Positions 30,486 through 41,735 of a stretch of 64,000 nt of DNA are shown here, piece after piece. Origin of the DNA: Polyangiaceae bacterium (lineage in GTDB: Bacteria > Myxococcota_A > Polyangia > Polyangiales > Polyangiaceae); NCBI GenBank assembly GCA_044376115.1, contig JBILLK010000001.1, forward strand, positions 256,001 to 320,000. Reading direction: 5' to 3'. The position numbers and the translations under genes are program-made. The stretch's first letter is position 1. Each line of letters opens with the position of its first letter. The notes beneath the pieces are model-generated. The model was not told the DNA's origin, searched no databases, and saw only the letters and a program-made list of their open reading frames with translations.

Positions 30486-32105
30486 ATGCGAAGCCTTGGC
30501 ACTTTCGGGCGCCTCTTTAAGCGAATCAATTCACTGCAACTCGTTCTGACCCTCGCGGGTTCGAGCGCGCTGGCGGTTGCTGCTCCGGGTTGCCGAGTGG
30601 ACGAGCAAGATCTCGCCCGCTGGGAAACGACTCAGCGCGGCCCCGACAAGATCCGCGCGGTCGTAACTCACGACAAGTACGAGTTGAACCTGCGGGTGGA
30701 AGCGGCGTTGTCGCTGATCCGCATGCCTGCGCGCGGCGGGCGCTTCGTCGGTATCGACATCTTGGTCGAGTCGCTGGGCGCAACCCCCGCCGGGGATCGG
30801 GAGAAGATCGTCAACGGCCTCATCCCGGCGATCATCGTGCAGCTCAAGAAGGATCCGCCTGCGGCGCAGGCTGGGCAGCCGGCACCGCCGGATCCCTCCT
30901 TCCCTTACAAGGACGCGAGCTACGCGTTGCTCCTCGCGTCGGAGAATCCTTCGCTCGTATCGGATGAGAAGCTGCGAACCGATCTGCGGGCGGCCCTCGT
31001 TGAGTGGGCGATGAAAGATTTCGAGCGTCGTCTCGAAAACCGCAACCAAAAGTACGGCATGGAGCAGCTCCTGCGCATGCTCGGCTCAGACGGCGTAAAG
31101 CAGCTACCCGAGAAGGTGACACGAGACTCGCGCCAGCTCGACAAGATCGCGAGTCTCGTCGACGAGCTCGGCACGCCTTCAACCCGCGAGGCTGCGTCGG
31201 CGAAGTTCGTTGAAATCGCTCGCTGGATCGTCACCCCTGCCTGGATCGACGCCAAGAAGCCGGTGGTTGAGGCGGCCAACGCGAGCCTGCCCAAACCGCC
31301 AACCGCTGATGAGCTCAAGGCTCAGCTCGAGACCTACCAAGATGAAGAGTTTGCCCGTCTCTTGGGTTCACTCAAACGCGTTGGCGGCCGAGCTGCAGTG
31401 GATTTCTGTCTTGAGTACGCAGCCGACGGCAAGAACAAGAAGGAGCGGCGGATGTTCTCGTTGGCCGCGCTCGAGCTGCGGCTCGACCCGAAGAACGCTG
31501 ATGACGTCAAGCGCATCTTCAGCATCGCGACCAGTGACTCTCCACCCGAAGTGCTCGACCTCGCCTTCCGCCGTATCGGTGAGATGCCGCGCGATGCCGT
31601 GATTGAAAAGCTCTACGAAGCCTTCAAGACCGACAAGTGGAAGGTGCGCCGCTCCGCAGCATCAATCGTGCTGAAGATGGCGACCGACGCGAAGCACATC
31701 GACGAGTTTTTCAGCAAGCTCCCGCTCGACAAGGAGCCGAAGGGCTTCGCGCGCGGCGAGGCCATCAACTACGGCGCGATGATCGGAGACGTCGCCAAAC
31801 TCGAGCATCGTGCAATCGTCGACAAGTACTTGCCCGAGGCAATACCGATTGCCCAGCGCGTCAGCGCGGCGAGCTTCTACCTAGTCCACGGCAAACCGGA
31901 CGACGTGAAGAAGACGCTTGCGGCGTTGGAGCTCGACAAGGTTCCGCTGCCCGTTTGCGATGCAGCAGACGAGGAATGCAAGTGGACTTGCTACGTACCC
32001 AAAGACGGAAAACCGAGCGAGAGTGAACTCCGCGAGGTCAAGACATTCGGTGAATACGTCAAGCTGTGCGTTGAACCGGCAATCGCGGAGCGAGAGAAGA
32101 AGTGA
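30486..32105 (+). CDS. Hypothetical alpha-helical (HEAT-like) lipoprotein
   Basis: APGC lipobox, helical repeats such as D.WKVRRSAA, and C-terminal Cys residues. Confidence 0.7.
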   Translation: MRSLGTFGRLFKRINSLQLVLTLAGSSALAVAAPGCRVDEQDLARWETTQRGPDKIRAVVTHDKYELNLRVEAALSLIRMPARGGRFVGIDILVESLGATPAGDREKIVNGLIPAIIVQLKKDPPAAQAGQPAPPDPSFPYKDASYALLLASENPSLVSDEKLRTDLRAALVEWAMKDFERRLENRNQKYGMEQLLRMLGSDGVKQLPEKVTRDSRQLDKIASLVDELGTPSTREAASAKFVEIARWIVTPAWIDAKKPVVEAANASLPKPPTADELKAQLETYQDEEFARLLGSLKRVGGRAAVDFCLEYAADGKNKKERRMFSLAALELRLDPKNADDVKRIFSIATSDSPPEVLDLAFRRIGEMPRDAVIEKLYEAFKTDKWKVRRSAASIVLKMATDAKHIDEFFSKLPLDKEPKGFARGEAINYGAMIGDVAKLEHRAIVDKYLPEAIPIAQRVSAASFYLVHGKPDDVKKTLAALELDKVPLPVCDAADEECKWTCYVPKDGKPSESELREVKTFGEYVKLCVEPAIAEREKK

Positions 32106-32114
32106 AGGTCGACC

Positions 32115-33172
<1,058 letters not shown>

Positions 33173-33176
<4 letters not shown>

Positions 33177-34513
33177 AAGCCGTGCGGTTGCGTGCGAGGG
33201 GTCGGCAGGTCCTTCGCACGCTAGTCGTGGCTGGTTTGGCGCTGAGCCTAGTTTCCGCAGAGGCCCAGCCAGCCGATCGCTGGGAGTTGCCTGCGGGGCC
33301 TCAGGCGCAAGGCCCATGGTATGGCAGCGACGCGCCGTTGCCTGCGTGGGCAACGGCAGTGCGCATCTTGCGGACCGACGAGTCGCTGCTCGTTGATGCG
33401 TCGAAGGGCGCTGCGCGCCGCGGTTCTGCTGCGCGTGAGGCCCGCTTGCCGCTGTTTGCGGCGCGCGGTGGAGCCGGCTGTTCGAGCCCCTGGTATTCGG
33501 TGGGTCCGGAGGCCTGGGTCTGTGGGGACAACGTTGAGTTAAGCCGCGGAACTCCCATCCCGGCGGACGTCAAAACCTACCCGCACAGCGCAGACGGCCT
33601 TCCCTATCGCTACTACTTCGTTGGGCCAAACGGGACGAGCACGTTCAAGAGGCTGCGCGAGGTTGGCGTCGGTGAGCCGGCGCAGGTGCTCGATCCGGGG
33701 TTTGCCGTCGGTATCTTGGAAGAACGCTCCTTCGAAGGACAACGCTACGGCCTGAGCGGCAATGACTACTGGATCCCGATGTCGGATCTGAACCCGGCGC
33801 GGCCGATCAGCTTTCAGGGAGCTGAGGTGCCCGTGAGTGACCACAAGCAGGTTCCGTTCGGCTGGGTGGTCGCGAGCAGCGCCCGCGTCTATTCGAAGCC
33901 CAATCGCGCGGCGATCACGAGCGAGTCACTGCCGCAGTTCATGCGCGTCGACGTCGTGCCGGAAGCCGGCCCAAGCAAGCCAAGCGACTTCCTCCAGCTT
34001 GGCGAAAAGCGATGGGTCTTGGCCAAAGAGGTGCGCCATCAAAGTGTTGCCAGCCCTCCGGACGAAGTGAACGTCAACGCGCACGAGCGTTGGATCGATG
34101 TTGAACTAGCCAGCCAGACGCTTACGGCGTTCGAGGGTGACCAGCCGATCTTCGCCACCATCGTGTCCACTGGCAAAGGCCGGCCAGGTTCGGCCAACGC
34201 TACTCCGAAGGGGACCTTTCGCGTGTGGGCCAAGCTCGGGGCGGCCAACATGGACAACCTCGAAGACGAGGGCGCAAACCGCTTTTGGCGGATGGAGAGC
34301 GTCCCCTACGTCCAATATTTTTCAAAAGGAGTGGGGCTTCACGGTGCTTATTGGCACCGCGGCTTCGGCAACGTCCGCAGTCACGGCTGCGTCAACTTGG
34401 CGCCGCTCGACGCGCAACGGCTGTTCTATATGACCACGCCCCGATTGCCCGCGGGCTGGACGGCGGTGCTGCCCAGCGAACACGAACTCGGTACTGTCGT
34501 TCGTGTTCGCTGA
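33173..34513 (+). CDS. L,D-transpeptidase (YkuD family)
   Basis: IDV.L..QTL, VSTG, TP.G.F and catalytic motif HGAYWH...G..RSHGCVNL; signal peptide; 4-bp overlap with the FHA gene. Confidence 0.9.
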
Positions 34514-34544
34514 TGCGCTCAGCTGAGCTGCGACCTCCGACAGC

Positions 34545-34868
34545 TCAAACGCCGAGCAGCTGAACCAGCTTGTCGCGATTGGTCAGACCCACGTGCTGGG
34601 CGATCTTCTGGCCGTTCTTGAAGATCATGACCGTCGGCACGCTGCGCACGCCGTACTTTTGCGCGGTTCCGGGGGCATCGTCGATATCGCACTTACCGAC
34701 TCGAACCTGACCAGCGAAGTCATCCGCCAGCTTCTCGACGATGGGAGCGAGTTGTTTGCACGGCCCACACCAAGTGGCCGTGAAGTCTACGAGGACCGGG
34801 ACATCGCTCTTGAGCACGTCTGCCTCGAAGTTTGCATCGTTGAAGGCCTGCACGTTCTTGCTGCCCAT
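34545..34868 (-). CDS. trxA: Thioredoxin
   Basis: WCGPCK and VRSVPT motifs; SD AAGGAG. Confidence 0.95.
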   Translation of the reverse strand: MGSKNVQAFNDANFEADVLKSDVPVLVDFTATWCGPCKQLAPIVEKLADDFAGQVRVGKCDIDDAPGTAQKYGVRSVPTVMIFKNGQKIAQHVGLTNRDKLVQLLGV

Positions 34869-34962
34869 CACCATTCTCCTTGCGTTTGAATAGAGGCGCA
34901 CCCGCCGGTTTGGAACGGTGGTGGGGTTGCCTGCGGGTCGTTAAGGTAAGCGCCAAGTAGGC

Positions 34963-35703
34963 GTGCGGCAAGTGGAGCGAGTGAGCAACACTGGATTGTT
35001 GGTGGTGACACCAACACTCAACGAGCGTGACAACGTTCGGGTCTTCGCGCACGGGCTGTTTAACAGCTGCCCCGAGGCCCATTTGCTTTTCGTCGACGAC
35101 GACTCACCCGACGGAACGGGTGCAGTGCTCGACGAACTCAGCGCCGAAGACCCGCGGGTCCACGTACTTCATCGGAGCGGCAGGCTTGGTCTGGGCTCGG
35201 CCTATGTGGACGGCTTCGTGTGGGGGCTCAGCAACGGCTACCAGCGCATCGCCGAGATGGACGCCGATCTGTCTCACGATCCGAGGGACCTACCAAAGCT
35301 AGCTGCAGCGCTCGACGACGGGGCCGATCTTGCGCTCGGATCGCGCAATATTGCGGGAGGAGGAGTTCGCGGGTGGGGAGTCGGTCGTCACCTCCTGTCC
35401 AAAGGTGGGTCGGCCTATTCACGGCTGGGCCTCGGAGTATCGATCAGAGATATGACCACCGGCTTCAAGCTCTACAGCCGACGAGCGCTGCTCACGATCG
35501 AGCCGATGAGCCTCCGCTCGAATGGCTATGCCTTCCAGATCGAGACCACCGTGCGAGCGCTCCGCCGAGGCCTGCAGGTCGTCGAGGTCCCCATTGTTTT
35601 TGTCGACCGCCGGGTGGGCCAATCGAAGATGAACCTCGGTATCTGTGTGGAAGCGTTTGGCTTCGTCCTACGCACGCGAGCCAAAGGCGCATTGGGCTTT
35701 TGA
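34963..35703 (+). CDS. Polyprenol monophosphomannose synthase-like GT2 glycosyltransferase
   Basis: P..NE..N, VDD.SPDGT, GLG.AY..G, MDAD.SH.P, D.T.GFK, GY.FQIE and F.DR..G.SK motifs. Start is 34963 or 34981. Confidence 0.9.
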   Translation: MRQVERVSNTGLLVVTPTLNERDNVRVFAHGLFNSCPEAHLLFVDDDSPDGTGAVLDELSAEDPRVHVLHRSGRLGLGSAYVDGFVWGLSNGYQRIAEMDADLSHDPRDLPKLAAALDDGADLALGSRNIAGGGVRGWGVGRHLLSKGGSAYSRLGLGVSIRDMTTGFKLYSRRALLTIEPMSLRSNGYAFQIETTVRALRRGLQVVEVPIVFVDRRVGQSKMNLGICVEAFGFVLRTRAKGALGF

Positions 35704-35755
35704 CGGCCAGGAAAGCGGCTCCGCCGCAGGCGGTCTCTGCTAGCCTGCGCGGCAG

Positions 35756-37696
35756 GTGGGGGTGCTGTCGCTCTCACAAGACCATCCGCCAGTGTCAGTT
35801 AGTAGCCCCCATCGCATTCGTGACTCACTCATTGGAACGGCGCTGAAAGGAAACGCCGGGCGCACGTTCTATCTGCGAGAGCTCTTGGGTGAAGGTAGTC
35901 AGGGCTGGGTCTTCAAAGCGAACTACGATGATCCCGACGGCTTTTGGATCGTGGTCAAGCTGTTGCGACCGGAGGGCCTGAGCCAGGAGACGTTGGAGCG
36001 CTTCGAGCGGGAGACGCGCGCGCTGCAAGTGTTGGGCGCTCAAGCGACGCCCAACCCCAACATCGTGCGCTTCTACGACCACGGGATCCACAACCTGAAG
36101 TTGTATGGCGCAGACCTGCTGCTGCCCTTCATCGCCATCGAGTACGTCAACGGCCCAACGCTCGCGAGCGTGATTGACGCGACCTACGGCCAAGGGATGT
36201 CGGCCTCCCGCGTGCTCCGAATCATGCGCCAGGTATCGCACGCGCTGACGACGGTGCATGAGAACAACATCGTCCACCGGGACTTGAAGCCGAGCAACAT
36301 CCTGCTTGAAGACCAAACGGGTCGCGAGGTCGCCAAGATCACCGACTTCGGCTTGGTCAAAGCCCCAGCGCTGTCCTCGAAGGCTACCGCCACCATCGCG
36401 GGCGCGACCTTGGGCTACGCGCCGCCCGAACAGTATGAGCTCGGGAACAGCCGGGTCAGCCCGCGCACCGATGTCTTCTCGTTCGGCGCAATTCTGTTCG
36501 AGATGCTTAGCGGTCGCGTCGCCTTCCCGCACATCCAAGGCGACAGCCCGCTGCGCACGGTGGCACGCATGCTCACCGGCGAGCGCCCATCGCTCGCCAA
36601 ACATACGTTGACGCTCGCGCCAGAACTCGGGCGTATGCCAACGGCCATCACAACGCTCGATCACGAAATTGCACGAGCAACTGCGGCTGATCCATCGGCC
36701 CGGCATGAATCGGTGGCGGCCTTGTGGTCGCCCGTGGAAGAGGTATTGCGCGTGCTCGTGCAGCGGGAGAGTTCGGCCTCGAGTCCGCATCAGCCCAAGG
36801 CGCATACGGTTGGAAGAACCACGGCATCGATGCGAGTGGCGCCGCTCGCTCGCGAGCGATTTCGAGCTGGCGCCTTCCTACCCGAGCTCGATCTCTACTT
36901 TGCGTTGGGCATGAACGGTCTTTACACCGCGAGCAAAGGAACGTGGCGTGCGCTCTCCTTCTCCATGCCGCTCGACGTGCGAGCCATTCGCGGGGTCGCT
37001 CGCCGAGGGCATGATCACGTGCTCGTGTTCGGCGATAGCGGCCTCGTAGCGAGCGTGGATTTTCGAGGCGTGGTCACTCCCTTTCGCATGCCGGACGCCG
37101 ACTGCAACTGGTTCGGCGCCTTCACCGATGACGGGGATTGCATCCTAGCGGGTGAGCGTCGCTCACGAGCCATGGGCGTCCTGGCCGAGATCGGCAATAG
37201 CGTCCACCTCCACAACATCGCCGGCACCACGCGGCTTCACGCGGCCACGCGGCTATCTTCGGGGGCGCTCTTGTGTTGCGGAAGTCATGGGGATCTCGTG
37301 CAAGTCTCAGCCAACCATCAGCGTGAGGTCCCGTGGGGAAAGACGGGCCACCTGTTCTCGTTGGCGCGAAACCAATACGGAGCCTTCGCGGTAGGTAGCG
37401 GCGGGCACGCGCTCTCGATCACGATGACTACCAGCTTCGATCGCGACACCAGCGGGGAGCTCACCTGTTCGCTGGAGAGCGTTCACACCACCAAAGATCT
37501 CGCTGCCACCAAGCTGGGCCCCCGAGGAACGGCGTGGGCGGTGGGACAGAACGCTCGCTTGCTCGAGCGGCGTGGCGCCATTTGGCAGCGCGTACCGATC
37601 GAAGGCCTGGCCGACAACTTCATCGCGCTCGATATGACCGCGACCAGCGTGCTGGTGCTCTCCGAAGATGGCACCTTGATCGAAAATCCGCTGTAA
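35756..37696 (+). CDS. Ser/Thr protein kinase with C-terminal beta-propeller-like domain
   Basis: GEG..G.V, VVK, HRDLKPSN, DFG and PPEQ motifs; C-terminal AVG..G repeats. Confidence 0.9.
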   Translation: MGVLSLSQDHPPVSVSSPHRIRDSLIGTALKGNAGRTFYLRELLGEGSQGWVFKANYDDPDGFWIVVKLLRPEGLSQETLERFERETRALQVLGAQATPNPNIVRFYDHGIHNLKLYGADLLLPFIAIEYVNGPTLASVIDATYGQGMSASRVLRIMRQVSHALTTVHENNIVHRDLKPSNILLEDQTGREVAKITDFGLVKAPALSSKATATIAGATLGYAPPEQYELGNSRVSPRTDVFSFGAILFEMLSGRVAFPHIQGDSPLRTVARMLTGERPSLAKHTLTLAPELGRMPTAITTLDHEIARATAADPSARHESVAALWSPVEEVLRVLVQRESSASSPHQPKAHTVGRTTASMRVAPLARERFRAGAFLPELDLYFALGMNGLYTASKGTWRALSFSMPLDVRAIRGVARRGHDHVLVFGDSGLVASVDFRGVVTPFRMPDADCNWFGAFTDDGDCILAGERRSRAMGVLAEIGNSVHLHNIAGTTRLHAATRLSSGALLCCGSHGDLVQVSANHQREVPWGKTGHLFSLARNQYGAFAVGSGGHALSITMTTSFDRDTSGELTCSLESVHTTKDLAATKLGPRGTAWAVGQNARLLERRGAIWQRVPIEGLADNFIALDMTATSVLVLSEDGTLIENPL

Positions 37697-37701
37697 ACGC
37701 G

Positions 37702-39327
37702 CTAGCGAATTAGGCCGAGATCGTCGGCGGCCAGCAGGTAGCTGCCGAGCATGCGGCCTTGTTTGGAGAGCGCACGCGGGGTCGACATTGCGGCGAGCAA
37801 GGCCGATGCTCGCACGCGCAGCGACTCGTCGTTGCGCTGCACGGCGAGCCGGGCGAGCAGCCGCACCACCAGGACGTTGCTCTCGAAGGGCCTCCTGCGC
37901 TGAGAGAAGACGCCCACTGCGTTGGGATCGGCGGTGGAAGCGAAGAAGCCACCTTCAGGTGAGGCGAAGTCGAGCTCGATCCGTTGGGCAATGTGAAGGG
38001 CTACCTCGGCATAACGAGGCTCAGCGCTGGCCTGCGCTAATTCAACGAGCCCCAACCCGAGCGACGCAGCGTCCGCGAGAAAGCGGCGGCTTCGATCTCG
38101 CTCATTCCCGCGGAAGACGCGGCCTTCGGCGTCGACGTTGGAGGCGAGCAGCTTGTCCGCCGCCTTGCGTGCGACCGCGATCACTTGCGGATCAGCCACA
38201 GCCGCGCCGAAGTTGCTGACCGCGGTGATCGCGAGGCCGTTCTCGAACGGATAGGTGCTCTTGTCGATGCGAGGCATACCGAGCGAACGCCGCCCGGCGT
38301 CGTCCTTTTGATAGAAGACGTGGCCATCGACGAAACGCGCCGTGGGTTCATGAGAGCCGACGTCCGCATCTTGGCTGACGAAGAAAAGGCCACTCTCGTC
38401 GGAGAGGAAATTCGTCATGTACGAAAGCACGGCGCGGCCATCGGCGAGGACCGCTGCATCTTGGCTGGCGCGAAAGCCCTCCGCGTAGCCCGCCAAGTTC
38501 GCCGCTTGATAGGTCATCAACTTCTCGAAGTGAGGCCGGTCCCAGCTGCCGCCGTCGGAGTATTGGTAAAGCCCGCCCCACACCGGATCGATCAGCGCGT
38601 GCTGCGCGCGTACGGTTTGTTGCAATCGCGCTTTTGCGCGCGCATCCCCGCGAAGAGCGCGGCGAGCCTCGAACTGAAGGTTTTCCCCGAGCGGTGCCTT
38701 CTGCCGCCGGCCCCAGCCGCCGAGTTCGTCGTCGTAATAATCGTCGAACTCGAACAGGACGTGACCCACGACCCAGGGCAGCTCACTGGGCTGTGCTGGC
38801 CGATTCCCGCTGACCGACTCCGACTCCGACTCTTGGCTCGCTACCGTGAGCGAACGCAAGGTTGGGAGCAGCTCCTCTTTGGGTACGAAGCCGCGCAGCT
38901 TTCCGAGCTCCTGGGCTGAGCTGCTGAGCAGGATGGTGGCTGGCCAGCCGTAGTCCCCGTAACGCTCTGCGACATCGGGATGCTCATCGATGTTTACGCG
39001 AATGGTGATGAAGCGATCGCGCAGCAGCGCACCGACCTCCGGATCGGTATAGGTCGTGGCGTCCATCACGTGGCACCAGTGGCACCATTCGGCTGCACCA
39101 TCGAGCAGGATGAACTTCCCCTCGTTCGCTGCGCGATCGAAGCTGGCCTTCTCGTACGGAAGCCATTCGAATAGGCGGGCACGGTCGACCTCGCGAGCCT
39201 TCGCGATATTGACCGAGTCGGGTGTGCCTGCTCGCACGAGCCCGGCGTTCCCGGAGGGCCCGGCCGAAGGCGTCACGGCAGCACAGCCTAAGACCAGCAG
39301 CGGAAGCAGTGAACGAAAGCGCAACAC
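37702..39327 (-). CDS. DUF255/YyaL (thioredoxin-like plus alpha/alpha barrel) protein with lipoprotein signal
   Basis: WCHWCHVM, GWPAT, D..WGG..YS...W..PHFEK and QDAD motifs; VLGC lipobox. GTG 39327 is preferred over 39375. Confidence 0.85.
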   Translation of the reverse strand: MLRFRSLLPLLVLGCAAVTPSAGPSGNAGLVRAGTPDSVNIAKAREVDRARLFEWLPYEKASFDRAANEGKFILLDGAAEWCHWCHVMDATTYTDPEVGALLRDRFITIRVNIDEHPDVAERYGDYGWPATILLSSSAQELGKLRGFVPKEELLPTLRSLTVASQESESESVSGNRPAQPSELPWVVGHVLFEFDDYYDDELGGWGRRQKAPLGENLQFEARRALRGDARAKARLQQTVRAQHALIDPVWGGLYQYSDGGSWDRPHFEKLMTYQAANLAGYAEGFRASQDAAVLADGRAVLSYMTNFLSDESGLFFVSQDADVGSHEPTARFVDGHVFYQKDDAGRRSLGMPRIDKSTYPFENGLAITAVSNFGAAVADPQVIAVARKAADKLLASNVDAEGRVFRGNERDRSRRFLADAASLGLGLVELAQASAEPRYAEVALHIAQRIELDFASPEGGFFASTADPNAVGVFSQRRRPFESNVLVVRLLARLAVQRNDESLRVRASALLAAMSTPRALSKQGRMLGSYLLAADDLGLIR

Positions 39328-39374
39328 AGCCGCTCTACGCTGCAACTCGACGAAAGGATCGATAGACTGACGCA

Positions 39375-41729
39375 ATGGGGCTACTTCGACCGAACTTCAT
39401 GCGGGGCTTTGGGCTTGGTCTCTTGGTTTTTGCGGCCTGCGGCGACGACGGCAACAGCGGTGCTGCTGGTGCGACGGGCGGCGGTGGCGCAGGAGCTGCC
39501 GGCGGCGGGGGTGCCGGGGGAGCCGGGCTGAGCGGTGGCGGTGGTCAGGTCTTCGCAGGTGGAGGAGGCAGCTCGGGCTGCGTCGCGGGCGAGCCCTGCG
39601 ATGGTGGCGTCTGTGATGACACTGGCGCGTGTTGCCCGTTCGCTAGCGCCTGCGGCACTACGTGTTGCAGCGGCGGCGAAGTGTGCGCGTTCTTGCAATG
39701 CCTCGTTCCGGGAGCCGCGTGCACCGACGACAAGGAGTGCGCAGCCGGTGAATACTGCGACTTTTCGCTCGGAGAGCCCGACGGTGGTGGAGGCGGTGCG
39801 GGTGGAGGCGGTGGCGGGGCCGGTGGACCAAGCTGCACCGGCGGAGTGGAATTGCCCGACGGAAAATGTATGCCCAAGCCCCCGGTTTGCCCGGGTGGAA
39901 TGGATCCTGGGGACCCGCCGACCTGCATCACCAGCTGCGAATACCATCCGCCCGAAGGCGTGTTCACGCCGGAGCTCAAATACAGCTGGGGCGACCCAGC
40001 GAGCACCACCGACAACGTGATGATGAGCCCGATCGTCATCCAACTCGACGACGACAACTGCGACATGATCGTTGATGAGCGTGACATCCCCGAGATCGTC
40101 TTTTTCACCTTCGACGGCAACGACTACAACAACACCAGCGGGACCAGCTCCACACTGCACGCGATCTCGATCGTCTTGGGCCAGGTGGTAGAGAAGTTTG
40201 CGGTGAAGACCAACGGCGTCTCAGCGGATGCGCCGGGCCGTTCGATCGCGGCGGGCGACATCGACGGCGACGGCCTGAATGAGATCGTCGTTTGCACGAA
40301 GGACGGTCGACTCCGAGCCTACGAGAACGACGGGACGGTCAAGTGGCTCAGCCCAGCGCGCGCCTGCTTCATGCCCAGCATCGCCGATCTCGACCAAGAC
40401 GGCTTGCCGGAGGTGATCGATCTCGGTCATGTTGTGGACGGCACTACCGGCGCGACGAAGGCCACCTTCCAAACCGATCGTTACCCGATCGTCTACGACG
40501 TCGATGGTGACGGACTGCTCGACATCGTAACGCCGCAACGCGTGCACGCAGCGGACGGGAGCGTGAAGGTCGATAGCGGCATCGTCGGAACACACGCTGC
40601 AGTTGGTGACCTGGATCTCGACGGTATCCCTGAGATCGTCACGGTGGACACCAACACCCACCTGGTGAGCGTGTGGAACGTGCCTGCGCCGGGGACGTTC
40701 CAGATCATTCGTCAGGGGCTCGATCTCAACGAGGGCATCTCGCCCAACCCTTGTTGCGCCGCCAATCCGAACGCGGCGGGCTGTACGCGCGGCGGTGGAA
40801 CACCCACGATCGCGCGCTTCAACGACGACGAGTATCCCGACGTGGGTCTGGCCGGCGGAATTGGCTACGTCGTGTTCGACGGGCAGCTGCTCACGGATGG
40901 CGTCACACCTCCGCAAGACACGCGAGCTTGGCTGACCCAAACGCAAGACTGTTCGTCGGCGCAAACGGGCTCCAGCGTTTTCGACTTCGACGGGGACGGC
41001 CAAGCCGAGGTCATCTACGCCGACGAAGTCACGCTGCACATCTACTCGGGAGACCTGGGCGAGCCGCTGTTCGAAACGTGCAACACCAACGGCACTTTGT
41101 GGGAGTACCCGCTGGTCGCGGACGTCGACAGCGATGGGCACGCCGACATCATCGTCGCGTCCAACTCGTATTCGAGCTTCAACTGTGCGGGCACCAAGAC
41201 CACCGGCATTCGGGTGTTTGGTGATACCGAGGGCAAGTGGGTACGCACCCGTAGAGTCTGGAACCAGCACCCGTACCACGTGACCAACGTCGAGGAGAGC
41301 GGCGCCATCCCAGCGGTCGAGGTGGCGAACCATGCGGCCGAGGGGCTCAACAACTTCCGCCAGAACGTGCAACCCTCGGGACAGTTCTCTGCGCCGGATC
41401 TCGTGGTTTCGCTGCGTCCTGCTTGTGGCACGGAGTACGGTCTATTCGCGCGGGTGCTCAACATTGGAGAGGCCCCCGTCGAGCCCGGCGTGCCCGTTGG
41501 TTTCTACGAAGGTACGCCTCCCGACGGAAACTCGCTCGGCACGGCTAACACCAGTCAGACGCTGTACCCGCTCACGTATGAGGACGTGTTCCTAGCGCTG
41601 CCTTCAGAGCCGCTGCTGAGCGTCTACGCGATCGTGGACGACGGCATGCCGCCGCACCCGTGGCACGAGTGCCGCACCGACAACAACATCTCCGAGCCGA
41701 CGAGCGCTTCCTGCGGCATTCCCCAGTAA
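39375..41729 (+). CDS. FG-GAP/VCBS-repeat, Cys-rich lipoprotein
   Basis: AACGDD lipobox, Gly linker, Cys-rich module, repeated D.DGDG..EI motifs and a CARDB-like C-terminus. Confidence 0.85.
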   Translation: MGLLRPNFMRGFGLGLLVFAACGDDGNSGAAGATGGGGAGAAGGGGAGGAGLSGGGGQVFAGGGGSSGCVAGEPCDGGVCDDTGACCPFASACGTTCCSGGEVCAFLQCLVPGAACTDDKECAAGEYCDFSLGEPDGGGGGAGGGGGGAGGPSCTGGVELPDGKCMPKPPVCPGGMDPGDPPTCITSCEYHPPEGVFTPELKYSWGDPASTTDNVMMSPIVIQLDDDNCDMIVDERDIPEIVFFTFDGNDYNNTSGTSSTLHAISIVLGQVVEKFAVKTNGVSADAPGRSIAAGDIDGDGLNEIVVCTKDGRLRAYENDGTVKWLSPARACFMPSIADLDQDGLPEVIDLGHVVDGTTGATKATFQTDRYPIVYDVDGDGLLDIVTPQRVHAADGSVKVDSGIVGTHAAVGDLDLDGIPEIVTVDTNTHLVSVWNVPAPGTFQIIRQGLDLNEGISPNPCCAANPNAAGCTRGGGTPTIARFNDDEYPDVGLAGGIGYVVFDGQLLTDGVTPPQDTRAWLTQTQDCSSAQTGSSVFDFDGDGQAEVIYADEVTLHIYSGDLGEPLFETCNTNGTLWEYPLVADVDSDGHADIIVASNSYSSFNCAGTKTTGIRVFGDTEGKWVRTRRVWNQHPYHVTNVEESGAIPAVEVANHAAEGLNNFRQNVQPSGQFSAPDLVVSLRPACGTEYGLFARVLNIGEAPVEPGVPVGFYEGTPPDGNSLGTANTSQTLYPLTYEDVFLALPSEPLLSVYAIVDDGMPPHPWHECRTDNNISEPTSASCGIPQ

Positions 41730-41735
41730 CAGGTC

